A DNA stretch of 63,716 nucleotides, counting the filler, from Reticulomyxa filosa (Eukaryota; Protista; Foraminifera): assembly GCA_000512085.1 (NCBI GenBank). It is 22 parts of 22 records of this genome, joined end to end, with 100 filler letters (N's around TTAATTAATTAA, not from the genome) between each part and the next. Parts side by side here need not be neighbours in the genome. Positions count along the whole stretch, not along the records: positions 51,026 to 54,842 come from ASPP01006656.1; positions 54,943 to 57,265 come from ASPP01005591.1; positions 57,366 to 58,613 come from ASPP01035008.1; positions 58,714 to 60,184 come from ASPP01050747.1; positions 60,285 to 61,516 come from ASPP01004045.1; positions 61,617 to 62,616 come from ASPP01048633.1; positions 62,717 to 63,716 come from ASPP01033533.1; 15 more parts are not named here. The stretch is one strand, 5' to 3'. The position numbers were made by a program, and so were the translations under genes. Positions 51,063-63,690 of the stretch are shown piece after piece; within the stretch, counting starts at the first letter, position 1; every line of letters starts with the position of its first letter. Under the pieces are notes generated by a model, which saw nothing but the letters and a program-made list of their open reading frames with translations, was not told where the DNA came from and did no database searches.

Positions 51063-54000
51063 GGAAGCACGATTCATAAACAAATCATTGACCACGCTAG
51101 GCATGGTAATGAAAAAACTGAGCGAAAAAGACACACAACATATTCCGTATCGCGACAGTGTGTTGACACGCGTGTTGAGCGACTCATTAGGAGGCAATTG
51201 TCAATCTGTTCTGCTCATATGCTGCAGTCCATGTGTATACAACCGAGAGGAGACAGTGAACACGTGTCGATTTGGACAGCGCGCCAAGTTAATCCAAACG
51301 GCGCCGAGACAAAACACAGTACGATCGCTCGGCTATTACATCAAAATGGTTGAAAAGTATCGAAAGAAGATTATCCAACTGTACGAAATGATTGGAGGAC
51401 TTTATCATGATTTATTATGGGTGCACTCTTCCTCTTCTTCCTCCGACTCGGCTGTTACCCCAAATTCTAATTCCAATTCCAATGTCAACACTAATGGCAA
51501 TGGCAATTCCGATTCCAATGTGAATAATGAAAATAATGACTCCTTTTTGCAGGGACAATCGCGACTGTTTCACTGGCTTCAGCGCATCCAGCAACTGAAG
51601 TCAGATGACCAACAGCTGTTGCAGTCCCTCAACGTCGTCTGGAACCATCCCGAACATGCACACCCCAAGCGTCATCGTCATCGTAATCGACATCGACATC
51701 ACGACGAAGAGGACAAGAGCAAGAGCAAGAGCAAGTCGAGGGAAGAGAAGGAGGAAGATGACGGATATGAAGAGGACGAAGAAAATGAAGAAGAAGAAGA
51801 AGAAGAAGTAGAAGTAGAAGCAGAAGAAGAGGAAGGGGAAGAAGAGGAAGAAGAGGAGGAAGAAAATGAAAACGAAGAGGCGGAAGAAGAGATAGTGGAA
51901 GAAGACGACGAAGATGATAGCGAAGAAGAAGAAGAAGAGGAGGAAGAGCAAGAGGAGGAAGACCAAGAAGCAGAAGAAGCAGAAGAAGCAGAAGAAGCAG
52001 AAGAAGAAGAGGAAGAGGAAGAAGAAGAATTGATGGGAATAGGAGATGACAATGGAGAGTTGGAAGAATATTTACAACCCCAAAGAAAAGAACACCGCCG
52101 AAGAAGGAGAGTATGGGAAGAACTTGATATTGAACTCGAACACGAGCGTGAGCGAGATAGCGCGGGAAACGAGGAGGAATTGGTGCGTGCACGACAAGAC
52201 GTCGAAGAGGACGAGAATGAACGTGGTCATGGTCGTGGCAATAGCAACAGTATTAGCAATAGCAATGGCAATGAGGACGAGCAAGAGGAGGTGCCGGCAC
52301 GTCACCGCAGCGACAGTAACGACAACAATAACAACGAAGAAGAAGAAGAAGAAGAAGAAGAAGAATCGCGTAATCGAAATGAAGATGGAGAAGAAGATGA
52401 AGAAGAAGAAGAAGAAGAAGAAGAAGATGAATCACATGCGCAACAACTGTCAGTAGATAGCATGGAAGAAACTCATGCCAAAGAAGAAAAGCGAGGAAAA
52501 TGCAAGCGAGCACTCGGAACGTATTGACACGCCCTCATCCTCTGTTCCGAGCGAGAGAATGTCCCCTTTCACACCAGGCCCTTCTTTATCGCGAATTAAA
52601 AAGAATGGAAACAATAGCAAAAAGGTCGCCGCTGAGGCAAAGACAAAGACAAAGACAAAGACAAAAGCCAAAAGCAAAAGTAAAAGTAAAAATAAAAGCA
52701 AGAGCAAGAGCAAGAGCAAACACAAAAGCAAAAGCAAGACGCAAAAAAGCGCAAAGAAAAACAAAAAAGACAAAAGGAGTGAAAGACGCTCCCCACGCCA
52801 AAGCGGCGATGAAGTTGACGTCCTCAGCGTGTTCAGCGAAAATGAAATCGAGATCATCAGCGAAAGTGACGACCGCGGAGGCCGATCTAAGAAAAAGCAA
52901 CAAAAGGACAGTGCCGGTCATCACAATCACAAATCCAAGCACTCCTCGTCTTCGCACAAAAAACACAAGTCCACGGAAAAAGTCTCTGTTAAAGACGTGT
53001 TGCGCAAAATCAGAAGTGCAAGTTTATTTAAAAAAAAAAATATATATATACATATACATTTATTTATTTATTTTATTTTATTTTATTTAATATAATTAAA
53101 ATAAAATACAGAAAAAAAAGAAACACGATTACCGACGCAAGAAATAAACAAGTTGTTGTCCGAGGCACACGAATCACTGGAGTTGCTGCGACACAAGCTC
53201 AGTCGAGAGGGCGCGGAGCTGAAGCAGCGACTGCACTCGCAACGAGAAAAGTTTCTAATCGAACTGGAGCATGCCAAACAAGAACTCAACAAAGTCAACG
53301 TGGCTAAGTTCGAAACTGAGGATCAGCTCCGAGCGAAAGATGAACAATTGTTACATGAAAAGCAACAAAATACTCATTTGGAAGTTGCGCTTTTCATTAC
53401 GCATTTTCGAATTTTCTTTTTTTTTTTTTTTTTTAATTACGCCATCTTCTCCAAAATCAAAATCAAAATAAAAAAAATAAATAGAAAGAGTACGAAAGAA
53501 TACGTCGTGAAAAAGATGAATTGCATGCGAAAATGATTGCAAATGAATTGTCGAAACAAGAGATAATAACCAAGTTCCGAACCTTGAAACTGAACAATGA
53601 AGACAAAACCAAAAAACTGAAAATGCTCACGGAAGCGCAACAGCGCAAAAAACAAGAAGCCAGTGGATTGGTCACTTCGCAAATGAGACAAAATATCCAA
53701 AAAGCAATGGAAGAAATGCAAGAGCACACAAAAGTTGTTTATATATGCATACATACATGCATACATACACATATGTATTAATGTATATGTATATGTGTGC
53801 ATAGGAGTTATCACAGAAAACGGAACCCATCAACGAATGGCTGAAGAAAGCGTATGAAAACCAAACGAGGTCATATATCGAACTGTCACAAATGTTTGAG
53901 ACTACAAGTGAGGAATTGAACCGCGTAAAGGAAAGCCTGCAAACAAAAGAACTGCTGCTTCAGCAATGCCAGAAAGAGCTGGAAATGAACAGTCGCAACC

Positions 54001-54842
54001 AAGAGCTGCTGAACGAAGCACAAACGCAAAATATGCAGTACTTGAAAACTCGAATCAACGATTTGGAGGTCAAGCAAGAAAAGTACAAGCGAAAGTGTGC
54101 CAATTTGACCAATGAATTGCAATCCATTTGTTCTCGATATAATATCACCCCTTCCAGTTTTCTTACTTCGCCCTTTTTGCAAGGTTTGCATTCTCTTTAT
54201 ATATACATATACATGTATATAAACGAAGAAACATGCAATGCATGTTGGGGGGGGGGGGGGGAAAAAAAGGTATGAGTGGCAATGACTTACCCGGAGGAAC
54301 GCTGCTCCAGAGTCGTCGCTCGTTTGAATTGGACAGTACCAATCACAGCTACAACGACGATCATGAAGAAGCAGGCAATAGAGAAGAAGAAGAAGAGGAC
54401 GACAAGCCGGGCGAGCTGCTTGGAGCGTCAACGGTAATATCAAACCTAACGCACTCTCAAGAGAGATCCAAGAGCATGAACATCAAGATCAGGGGAGGCA
54501 GCACGCATTACACGGTCGCTAAGCCTTCTCCTTATCACACGAATGATGATATATCCCCCACACTTGACATTGAAGATCGTCACATGAGCAAGGATCGTGA
54601 TGATGACGCACCTCCTCTCGTTGCTGTTACAAAGGCTCATCTCAGCCATGACAAGCCCAAACTGAAAGACATTGACAAAGATAAAAATAAAGATAAAGAC
54701 AAAGATAGAGATAGAGATAGAGATAGAAATAAGGAGAGAGAAAATAATCGTAACAATAACACTGACAATAAAAATAAAAATAATAATAACATTAATAATA
54801 ATAACATTAATAATAATAACAATAATAATAATAATAATAATA
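51063..54842 (+). CDS. Kinesin heavy chain-like protein (motor C-terminal part, charged inserts, coiled-coil stalk; frameshift ~52480)
   Basis: EARFINKSLTTLG, HIPYRDSVLTRVLSDSLGGN, CCSP...ETVNTCRFGQRAK; coiled-coil exons 53111-54150. Confidence 0.9.
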
Positions 54843-54942
54843 NNNNNNNNNNNNNNNNNNNNNNNNNNNNNNNNNNNNNNNNNNNNTTAATTAATTAANN
54901 NNNNNNNNNNNNNNNNNNNNNNNNNNNNNNNNNNNNNNNNNN

Positions 54943-55143
54943 ATCAGATGATAATACAATTCGTTTTTGGGATATTCGATCAAATAAAAATGAATTGTAT
55001 GTGATCAAAGGAGATGATAAAGAAGATAAAGGAATAGTATCTTTAAAAATTATATTGAAAAAAAAAGATAAGACAAATAATGTTACATATGATTTGAATT
55101 TGTGTTATGGTTCAGGCAGTGGTCTAATTCGTATTTGGGGATA
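54943..55143 (+). CDS. 3' end of a family-B WD40 gene
   Basis: SDDNTIRFWDIRSNKNELYVIKGD...LIRIWG*. Confidence 0.88.
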
Positions 55144-55265
55144 ATTTACTTTTTTGTTGAATAAGTAACGAACGTATTTTTTGTTTGAAAAATTTGATTA
55201 AAAGAAAAGTAATGTGATATTAAACTTATTTAATTTGATTGAATGCAAGCATTGAAAGATGTGTT

Positions 55266-55451
55266 CTATACTACTTTGTTGTTTAAAAAAATTTTAAAAG
55301 CTGTGTTCAATGCAATTATATTTCCATTTTGAGCTACATCCACACATCTCACAGCTTGTGAATGTCCTTCCAATATTTGCATTTTCTTCACTGATTCTAT
55401 GTCCCATAATCGAATAGCATTATCACTTAAGCACGATACAATTATTGACAT
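55266..55451 (-). pseudogene. Isolated family-A WD40 remnant
   Basis: DNAIRLWDIESVKKMQILEGHSQAVRCVDV, with no intact flanking repeats. Confidence 0.7.
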
Positions 55452-57068
55452 TCCACAAGTTAATTATTTTACAATCGTTTTACTATTTGATAAAATTGAG
55501 TACTCAATACATCTTTTGAGTGCCCTAACAATTGTTTTATTCATCTTCACTATCTATGCAATTTATTTTTTATGTGCTTTTTCATCCGCAGTAAGAAATA
55601 TTTTTGATGACTTCTATAAATTTGTATGAATGGACAAAAGGCATATACTTTCTTATTATTTTTTTTCAATGGACAATTAATTAAACAAAACAATTATGTC
55701 TTCTCTTCCATTTCCTAAAATCACTTTAATCTAAATTTAAACATTACTTTATTTTTTAAAAAGTCGTTCGTTGTGTTCAAGTGCTGTTAGAAAATAAACA
55801 ATCAAATTCAAAAAAAAAAAAATATTCCAACTTTAAATTTGTATTTTGCCATCATTTGTTAACAAAGATTACAATTTTTGAAAGACTAAATTTAAAACCA
55901 TACATAATTTGTGAATTGTTTCTTCATAGAAGAAATCAAGTAGTATTGCTTGACATTGAATAATTTCAATAAGATTGTTGAATTGATGAAATTGATATTA
56001 TAATTAAAATAAAAACAAAAAAAATAAATAAATAAGCAAAAAAAAACTTAAAAAAATCAACAGTTATTTAATTATTTATATCTCATTCGCCAGCTTTGCA
56101 AATGAAACAAATCAATAAGAGATAATTGACATTATTCGTTTATTTTAAATAGATTTGATAAAATATTTGACAAATCTGAAAAAAATAATAGTATCATTGA
56201 AATTATCCAAATTTAAACAAAATAATGGAAGAGCCATTGTTGCTTCGAATGATAATGAGACAGTATCAAAATCACAAGTGTATAAAGCATTCAATGATAT
56301 GTAATTATAGAATTTTTGTTTCTTTAGATTATATTGTAAATAATTTAACATATTTATCAAAGTCATAAATTTGTCCTCTTTTAATAATATTCCATCTACA
56401 ATGATTCACAATTGGTTGGATAAAATTTTTTTAAAGGATCAATATAATTCATCTCAAATTACATTTATTGATCAAAAAACTGTACTTGCTTTGTAGTCTG
56501 CCTTTCAAATTTAGGACATCTTTTCACTTTCTTAAATCTCAAATAATATTCTGCGTTCTTCGAAGCAGAAAAGATTTATATCATGAGATAATCGTGATCG
56601 ATTCTATACCAAAAAAAACTCAATACTTGAAATATCTTGCAACTTATTTTGATATTTGAATACTTTAAAAAAACATTGAATGCAACTTTTTAAATTTTTT
56701 TAAACAGCAAAGTAAGATAGAACACATCTCTCAATGCTTACGTAAACATAAATTTCATAAATGATACGTTTAAAAAACATTTGATGGATTAATATTTCTT
56801 TAGATGATATCACAACTCTTGAGATGAGACAATTTGTAGTAGAGATCATTGTGAAGAGGATTTTTGCATCATTAATATGATTAAATATACACGATATTTT
56901 ATCGAATAAACACAAATGAAATATTTTTAAGAACAGCAATAATATAATATCGAATCAAGTCTTATCACAAATATAACTTATTTCATTGAAATCAAGCAAT
57001 TTCCGCAAAGACTCAAATTAGTAAATTTTTCAAAAACATATTTAATTTATAGATTATTCCGTTTCACT

Positions 57069-57167
57069 ATATTTCATAATAATTTTATCAAAATCATCGA
57101 TCCATCCTAATTTTATTTTTGAAATTCGAATCCAATATTGAATAATAAACTTCATTTCCCTTTTTGA
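57069..57167 (-). pseudogene. W-W box exon of a degenerate gene
   Basis: FIIQYWIRISKIKLGWIDDFDKIIMKY flanked by AG/GT; downstream sequence is decayed. Confidence 0.7.
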
Positions 57168-58169
57168 CTGTTCATTATTTATTATTTGTTAATCCGTTTT
57201 ATACAACATAATTTATTTGCATTCATCAAAATAAATAAATAATAAATAAACAAATTATTACCAACNNNNNNNNNNNNNNNNNNNNNNNNNNNNNNNNNNN
57301 NNNNNNNNNTTAATTAATTAANNNNNNNNNNNNNNNNNNNNNNNNNNNNNNNNNNNNNNNNNNNNTTCGTTCTTTGATTGTATTAATTCCTTGTTGAAAA
57401 TTTGCACCAACGATACGCTTGACGGGCCATTGACTTGTGAATATTGCCTATGTCTCCATGTAATCAATTCTTCAAGTAGCTGATCGATCTGTTCCTTGAT
57501 GTTGTGAATATATTTATTTTGTCGTGGTGGTCCAAGAGTGTTTGTCCGTTCCCAGTTGCACATTCATTTTTTGCACTTGGCACCATGAATACATTTAACA
57601 AATGTGGAATCACCAACGCCAAGGTGGATTTCACGCTGCCGCCAACAACTAAAAGTTTCCACTCGATATTTTCTACTCGGTTTGTCCCCTCCGCTCGCCG
57701 AACAAAAGAATACTAAGTGAGCAATAAGCCGCTTTAAGAAAAAACAAAAAAGTTTGTTGCAATGCAGAGTTACTTGGAAAAATGTAATTTATTGCACTTT
57801 GTTTATACACATTTGCAATAGCTAAAAGTTAATGTTTTTCTCATTTCAAAGTTCTTTTCAAGCTAATCTCAGCCTGCTCAAATAAAAAGGTTAAAGGATA
57901 AAAATAATTTCCAATTAAAAACAAAAAATGGGAAAAGCAGAACCCAGCAATTTTCAACAAAAGAAAGAACAAGTTTTCGTAGCTGCCGGGCATAGAAAAA
58001 TGCTTTATCTTTTATATGATCAATTTTGTAATGCAATGACCAACTTTCTACTATTGAATATGACAAAAGTCTTCCTTCTTTTATGTGTTTATCGTCACAC
58101 GGTTGCTAGTTTTTTCATTGAATGCATCATATTGTTTTGTTTAACAGATCAATTGTAAAATCACGCATT

Positions 58170-58613
58170 CACAGCATAAATGAAATTGAAAAGAATACAA
58201 AATTAAAAGCATGGTTGCAACATTGCACTTCAAATGAATATTATTCAATAATTATGACAAGTCTACCCAATGCAATGTGTGAATATCTAAACAATCCAAG
58301 AATGTTGAATGTCATTGGATTCCAATCACAAGATATTCAAAATTATATCAATTCTTATTTCAAAAATAATAATGAATCAAATATATTGATGAAGAAATTA
58401 AACAATAATCGAATTTTAAAATTATTGGGTCATACACCATTGTATTTGAGATTATTTTGTTATTTATCAAGACAAAATAAATCAAATAATGATAAATGGG
58501 ACGAAATGACTCTTTCAAAGTTATATGAGATATTGTTGAAAAGTTATATGAAATGGAATTGGATAAAGCCAAATGGATTGAATAACAAATTAAATGATGA
58601 CAAGATATTGAAT
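58170..58613 (+). pseudogene. NACHT NTPase C-terminal half (sensor-1, helical domain), 5' truncated
   Basis: IIMTS(L)P, LNVIGFQSQDIQNYINSYF, HTPLYLRLFC, TLSKLYE match NACHT TSRP, GF and P-x-x-L motifs; no Walker A/B upstream. Confidence 0.7.
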
Positions 58614-58959
58614 NNNNNNNNNNNNNNNNNNNNNNNNNNNNNNNNNNNNNNNNNNNNTTAATTAATTAANNNNNNNNNNNNNNNNNNNNNNNNNNNNNNN
58701 NNNNNNNNNNNNNTAACAAAGAAAGTACACCACTGGAAATTAGCACCAAGACTGACAACAGTTTGCTCATTGGAAAGTCTAGATCCAAGTTTGTATATAA
58801 ATAGATTTATCAAAAGTGACGTGTTTTTTTTGTTTTGTTTGATTTGTTGACAACTATCACTTCTTCAAAACAATCCAAAAAAAGTATCTATTTGTCAATA
58901 TCCTTTTCATCCCCCTTATTGTTTTGTTTCATTCCAAAGACCAAGAACTGATCAACCAA

Positions 58960-59260
58960 GAAAGTGCTCATAAGCAACATGGTAACGAAAAAGGATATTA
59001 GAGATTGAACGCTGAGATATTTGCTATTCATTGTGAGTCGCTCAAAAAATATTTCTGTGTTTGATTTGAACACATTGAAATTTATAAAGCATAATATTCT
59101 GCCGAGTGGTGATAACATATGTTATTACTGCTTGGTGACAAAATTGAACAATGAATTGAAAGTAGCACAAACAAATGAAAAGATATTATTTCATAAAGCA
59201 ATATGCTTATCTATTCTCTATGATGAAGACAGCATGAGTTTTAATTCAATTCATTACAAG
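58960..59260 (+). pseudogene. Possible Kelch-like beta-propeller remnant
   Basis: LFIV...NISVFDLNTLKFIKHNILP...CYYCLV resembles protist Kelch-like blades from memory; disrupted. Confidence 0.35.
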
Positions 59261-60770
59261 TTTGTTTATGCAAAGACATCCCGGAAAGAGAGAAATAATG
59301 GAAAAAAGAACAGGAAGACAAAAACGAAATTGAAAAGATAAATTGAGTTATGCAGAATGCGCAAAGGGTTTGATATTAATACATTAAATGTGCTGCCTTT
59401 GTTTTTTTTTCAAAATTATTTGTAATTCTGTAATTTATGAAGAAATTAGATTATTAATTGAACATTGGCTCCGTTATCTTTTATCAAGATTCTACAGCAT
59501 ATACAGTGCAAAATTTTCATCAAAGTATTTACATCACTCCGACTAACGGCCATCGTCAGCCTAATGATCAAGTGTGCTATAATGTATTATATATTTATGT
59601 CATATTATGAGGTATGAACCAAAAACGATGGATATTAAACCTTTACATTAACTTTTTTAAAATATATATATGCAGATTTGTATATACTCAAAATTATTGT
59701 TCCATGTATTACACTTTTTATTTTATTATTTTGAAAAAAATGTTGACAAACAATGTGATTATACAACAAAATACTATTTTACACAGAGTTTACAGACAGC
59801 GAAAGTTTAATAGTTGTTTTACTCTTCGTGTTGTTCCGATACATTTGTCTGGAAAAGATATCATCAAATCAAAACAAATTTCGCTATACATTGATAACGT
59901 AAAAAAAACTCAATATCAAAATTTTATTGGTTTACAGTTAACAACTTTTTTTAAACAGCAAACGATAAACGCAACCAAGTGACTTGCTGCCTCTTGTCAA
60001 AAAAAATCTATTTAACCATATTTGACATGGGTGGTCTCCACAGCCTTCGATTGAGGATTAATTTTGGTGAGAGGTTGTTCGTGATTGAAATTTCAACATT
60101 GTCCGCCTTGTTACCAATCGGTCGTGCCCTTCTTCACTCTCTATCACACACAATCTATGGCCCCAAGTATTTGAACGGTTTTGANNNNNNNNNNNNNNNN
60201 NNNNNNNNNNNNNNNNNNNNNNNNNNNNTTAATTAATTAANNNNNNNNNNNNNNNNNNNNNNNNNNNNNNNNNNNNNNNNNNNNTGAATTTCAAAAGAAA
60301 AATTGCTTATACAATTTAAAAGATTGTTAATCAATTATAAATTTCAATCGACAAGATAAACTATTGCAAATGCAACCCATTACAAGAACTGCTACATTCT
60401 CCGTAGTTTTGCAAGCAATTCTGTTTGCACTAATAAATTATTGAAGACATTCAATCTTAAACACACGAAAGGAAACTAACTTAACCTAATTAAAGTCTGA
60501 AAGAACTTGCCTACGAAACTACTTATATTTCTACGTAACGAACACTGTCTACAATAAAACTATTAATATTAAAATCTCAATTCTCTCAAAAATTGAAATC
60601 GTTGTAGGCATCAAGAGGGTCAAGAAAATCATTTTGGAAAACATTGCAAGTTGATGTTTGGCTCAATCCAATTCAAAACTAAAAACGGTAAAACAAAACG
60701 TGCAAACAAACAAAAAAAGTAGAAAATCAATTTTAGGAAATGAGAGTTAAATGTTTTGTTGAATCATTTT

Positions 60771-61516
60771 TTATTTGATAAGCTCTTTTAGTATATGTTC
60801 AGAGAAAACTTCCACAAATGCTTTAAAAAAATGGTTAGGGTAAAAGAATATGACAAAAACCACAAAAGAAAAAATAATAAACAAACAGATTAAGGAGATG
60901 ACAGAAGTAACTACCAAGCAATGTTCGGTTCCATTAAGGCAGTTAGTACAAAAGTCAAAGTATCTTTTTTTCTTTTTCGGTAAGAGATGTTGAAACTTTC
61001 GTTCAAAGAAGATATCTTGTCCCAAGTGATCAAACAATGCCTGCTGTAAAGTAGGTGATTGGTCCAACCATTGAGCGATTTGAAATCCATAGCGATCCCT
61101 ACCAATGCAATGTGACAATACATCATTACTTCCAGTGCTGAAATAGACAACTCCAGGCCCAACGCACTCCAACATTATCACACAATTATTAATATCTTCC
61201 CACATTTCGTCACTGATGTCATCGTTATTATTATTGTTATTATTGTTATTGTTATTATTATTATTGTTATTGTTATTATTATTGTTATTGTTATTATTAT
61301 TATTATTTGCATTTTCTCCCAGCAATACATCACCGTCATCCCTATTTCCAATGGCATTTTGATCTTCGTCTGCGTTGTTTGCATTATTATTGTGATAAAT
61401 TCTTTGTAGCATGGCGTCATTGGCTTCCCGCAGTTGTCGATCTACCTGATGTTGTCCATACAATGTCACCCATATTTCCACCGAGATGTCACACGCAACC
61501 AAGGATTCACATCGCA
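60771..61516 (-). CDS. Hypothetical protein fragment with poly-Asn tract
   Basis: 243-codon ORF open to the contig end with an (AAT/AAC)n tract; the 3' part may be intronic. Confidence 0.5.
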
Positions 61517-62716
61517 NNNNNNNNNNNNNNNNNNNNNNNNNNNNNNNNNNNNNNNNNNNNTTAATTAATTAANNNNNNNNNNNNNNNNNNNNNNNNNNNN
61601 NNNNNNNNNNNNNNNNGTCTACAAACAAAAAAAGAAAACATCCAAATTACCTAAAGAATTGGAAGTAAAAAAAATAGCTTACCGATTTTGATTCAAATTC
61701 AAATATTGGAGTTTGCTCAAATTTTTTTATTTTGCATAAAAATGAATAAGCAATTGTTTTATTTTGAAATATTTATTTGTATATTTAACTCATTTTGCTC
61801 AAGATACAAAGACATTAAATTTGTCATATTTGCAATTTCTAGTGGCTCACTTTTGTGATGTTGTTTCAGTTTATTTTCAAACAAAAAAAGAAATAATGTA
61901 AGTTTTGAAGAAAACTGCAAAAATGAGTCCACCAAATGTAAATGACGGTCAACCAAAAGAAATTCAAGAACCAAGACATGTTTTATTACAGATTTAATTC
62001 AGTTTTCTTTAGAACTTCTGCACATTATTCCTTTTTTGTTTGTCGTTATTTTGTTCGCAACACAAGTCTGAAACTTTAACATCACAGCTTCTTTCTACTT
62101 TCTTGTTTTAATTTTAAAGTTTCAGAAGAAGCATGCATAATGAAAAGAACGAGGGTCAGATTGCGATAAATCAGCGAACATCAACCAAAAACTTTATACA
62201 ATGCAACACTCATCCAAACTTCAATCTAGTAAAAGTAATACTTGAAAAACAAACTTACAATACTCATAGTAATTTGATTCAATTTCAATTAGTAACAATG
62301 TTCTTAATACTTCAGCAGTTTCACTTGAACAAGTTTTACTTCAACTAAACATAGAACACATATTCAAAAAGTCCACTTTGTCTTCTTACCGTTTTAATAT
62401 TTTGGAAAATAAAAATGTCAATTCTGATTACACTACTATATCATATCATCATTTTTGTTCTGATGAATGAAAATTAATTAAACGTGCCAAGTCCGCAACT
62501 AGAAATTACTGTAAAAAAATATTTACACGCAATCATGACAATTTGTAATCGTAAAGAAAGACAAATCATGCGTGATTAATGTCACAAACAAAGATTACAT
62601 CGTTTAATTAATGACANNNNNNNNNNNNNNNNNNNNNNNNNNNNNNNNNNNNNNNNNNNNTTAATTAATTAANNNNNNNNNNNNNNNNNNNNNNNNNNNN
62701 NNNNNNNNNNNNNNNN

Positions 62717-63690
62717 GCATTTTAGTGGACTTAGAACCTGGGGTGTTGGACAGGTAACTTTAAGCTTACTCATACAATTTGTCTTTTTCGGCTTTGTATT
62801 GTGTTTCTGATCTGTGCTCGAGATAATGGAGACGTTTTTTTTTATTTTGCACAGCACCCGATCCGGCCCTTATGGTGCATTGTTTCGACCTGATAGCTTT
62901 GTATTCGCCCACAACGGTGCTGGGAACAACTGGGCCAAAGGTTTGTTGTCCATTTCTAATTTTTAGCAAAAATTACATAACATTAAACAAATAAAACAAA
63001 AAACAAACGACGAACGCTCAATTACTCGTGATATTACAGGACATTACACTGGTAAGTTACTGTTTTTGTTAGTTTTTGGGGCAATACAAACATTAAATAA
63101 CCAAACAAACAGAGGGAGCAGAATTAATCGACAATGTATTGGATGTTGTAAGAAAAAATGTCGAATCGTGTGACTGCCTTCAAGGTAACTTTTCTTTTTA
63201 CACTTAACTAAAAAAAAAAAAACGAGTTTTATCTTTTTTTCGGCCTTTTGAAACACTTTTTTGTCTGATTTGTACAATACAACCGAATATGAAAAGGCTT
63301 CCAAATCACTCACTCTTTGGGAGGAGGCACTGGCAGTGGAATGGGAACATTGTTAGTCGCGAAGATTCGCGAAGAATATCCTGACCGAATGCTGGCAACA
63401 TTTAGTGTGTTTCCAAGTCCTAAAGTTTGGTTGATTTTTTTTTAAGCTTTGAAAGAGATAGATTTTGAGCTGTTTGATGAAATGGAACAGGTGAGTGATA
63501 CTGTAGTAGAACCTTATAATGCAACATTGTCAGTGCACCAATTAATAGAAAACACAGATGAGGTGATGGTGATTGATAATGAAGCTTTGTATTTCATTTG
63601 TAATAAAATACTCAAATTGAATACTCCTAACTATGGTGATTTGAATCATTTAGTATCAGCCGCCATGAGTGGTATTACTTGCAGCTTAAG
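62717..63690 (+). CDS. Beta-tubulin (internal fragment, 6 exons)
   Basis: Exons 62717-62753, 62855-62940, 63040-63051, 63113-63184, 63297-63424 and 63491-63690 give [66 protein letters not shown]. Confidence 0.97.

Noticed and set aside
51601-52966. Long antisense and alternate-frame ORFs (poly-L/S/F) over the kinesin insert
   Set aside because: Shadows of GAA/AAG repeats that lack stop codons in other frames.
60020-60184. Minus-strand FKYLG as a retrotransposon RT fragment
   Set aside because: Single short motif followed by stops; insufficient support.
3644-62716. TTAATTAATTAA recurring 21 times as a possible biological repeat or CRISPR-like array
   Set aside because: Always centred in identical 100-nt N blocks; it is a contig-joining linker.
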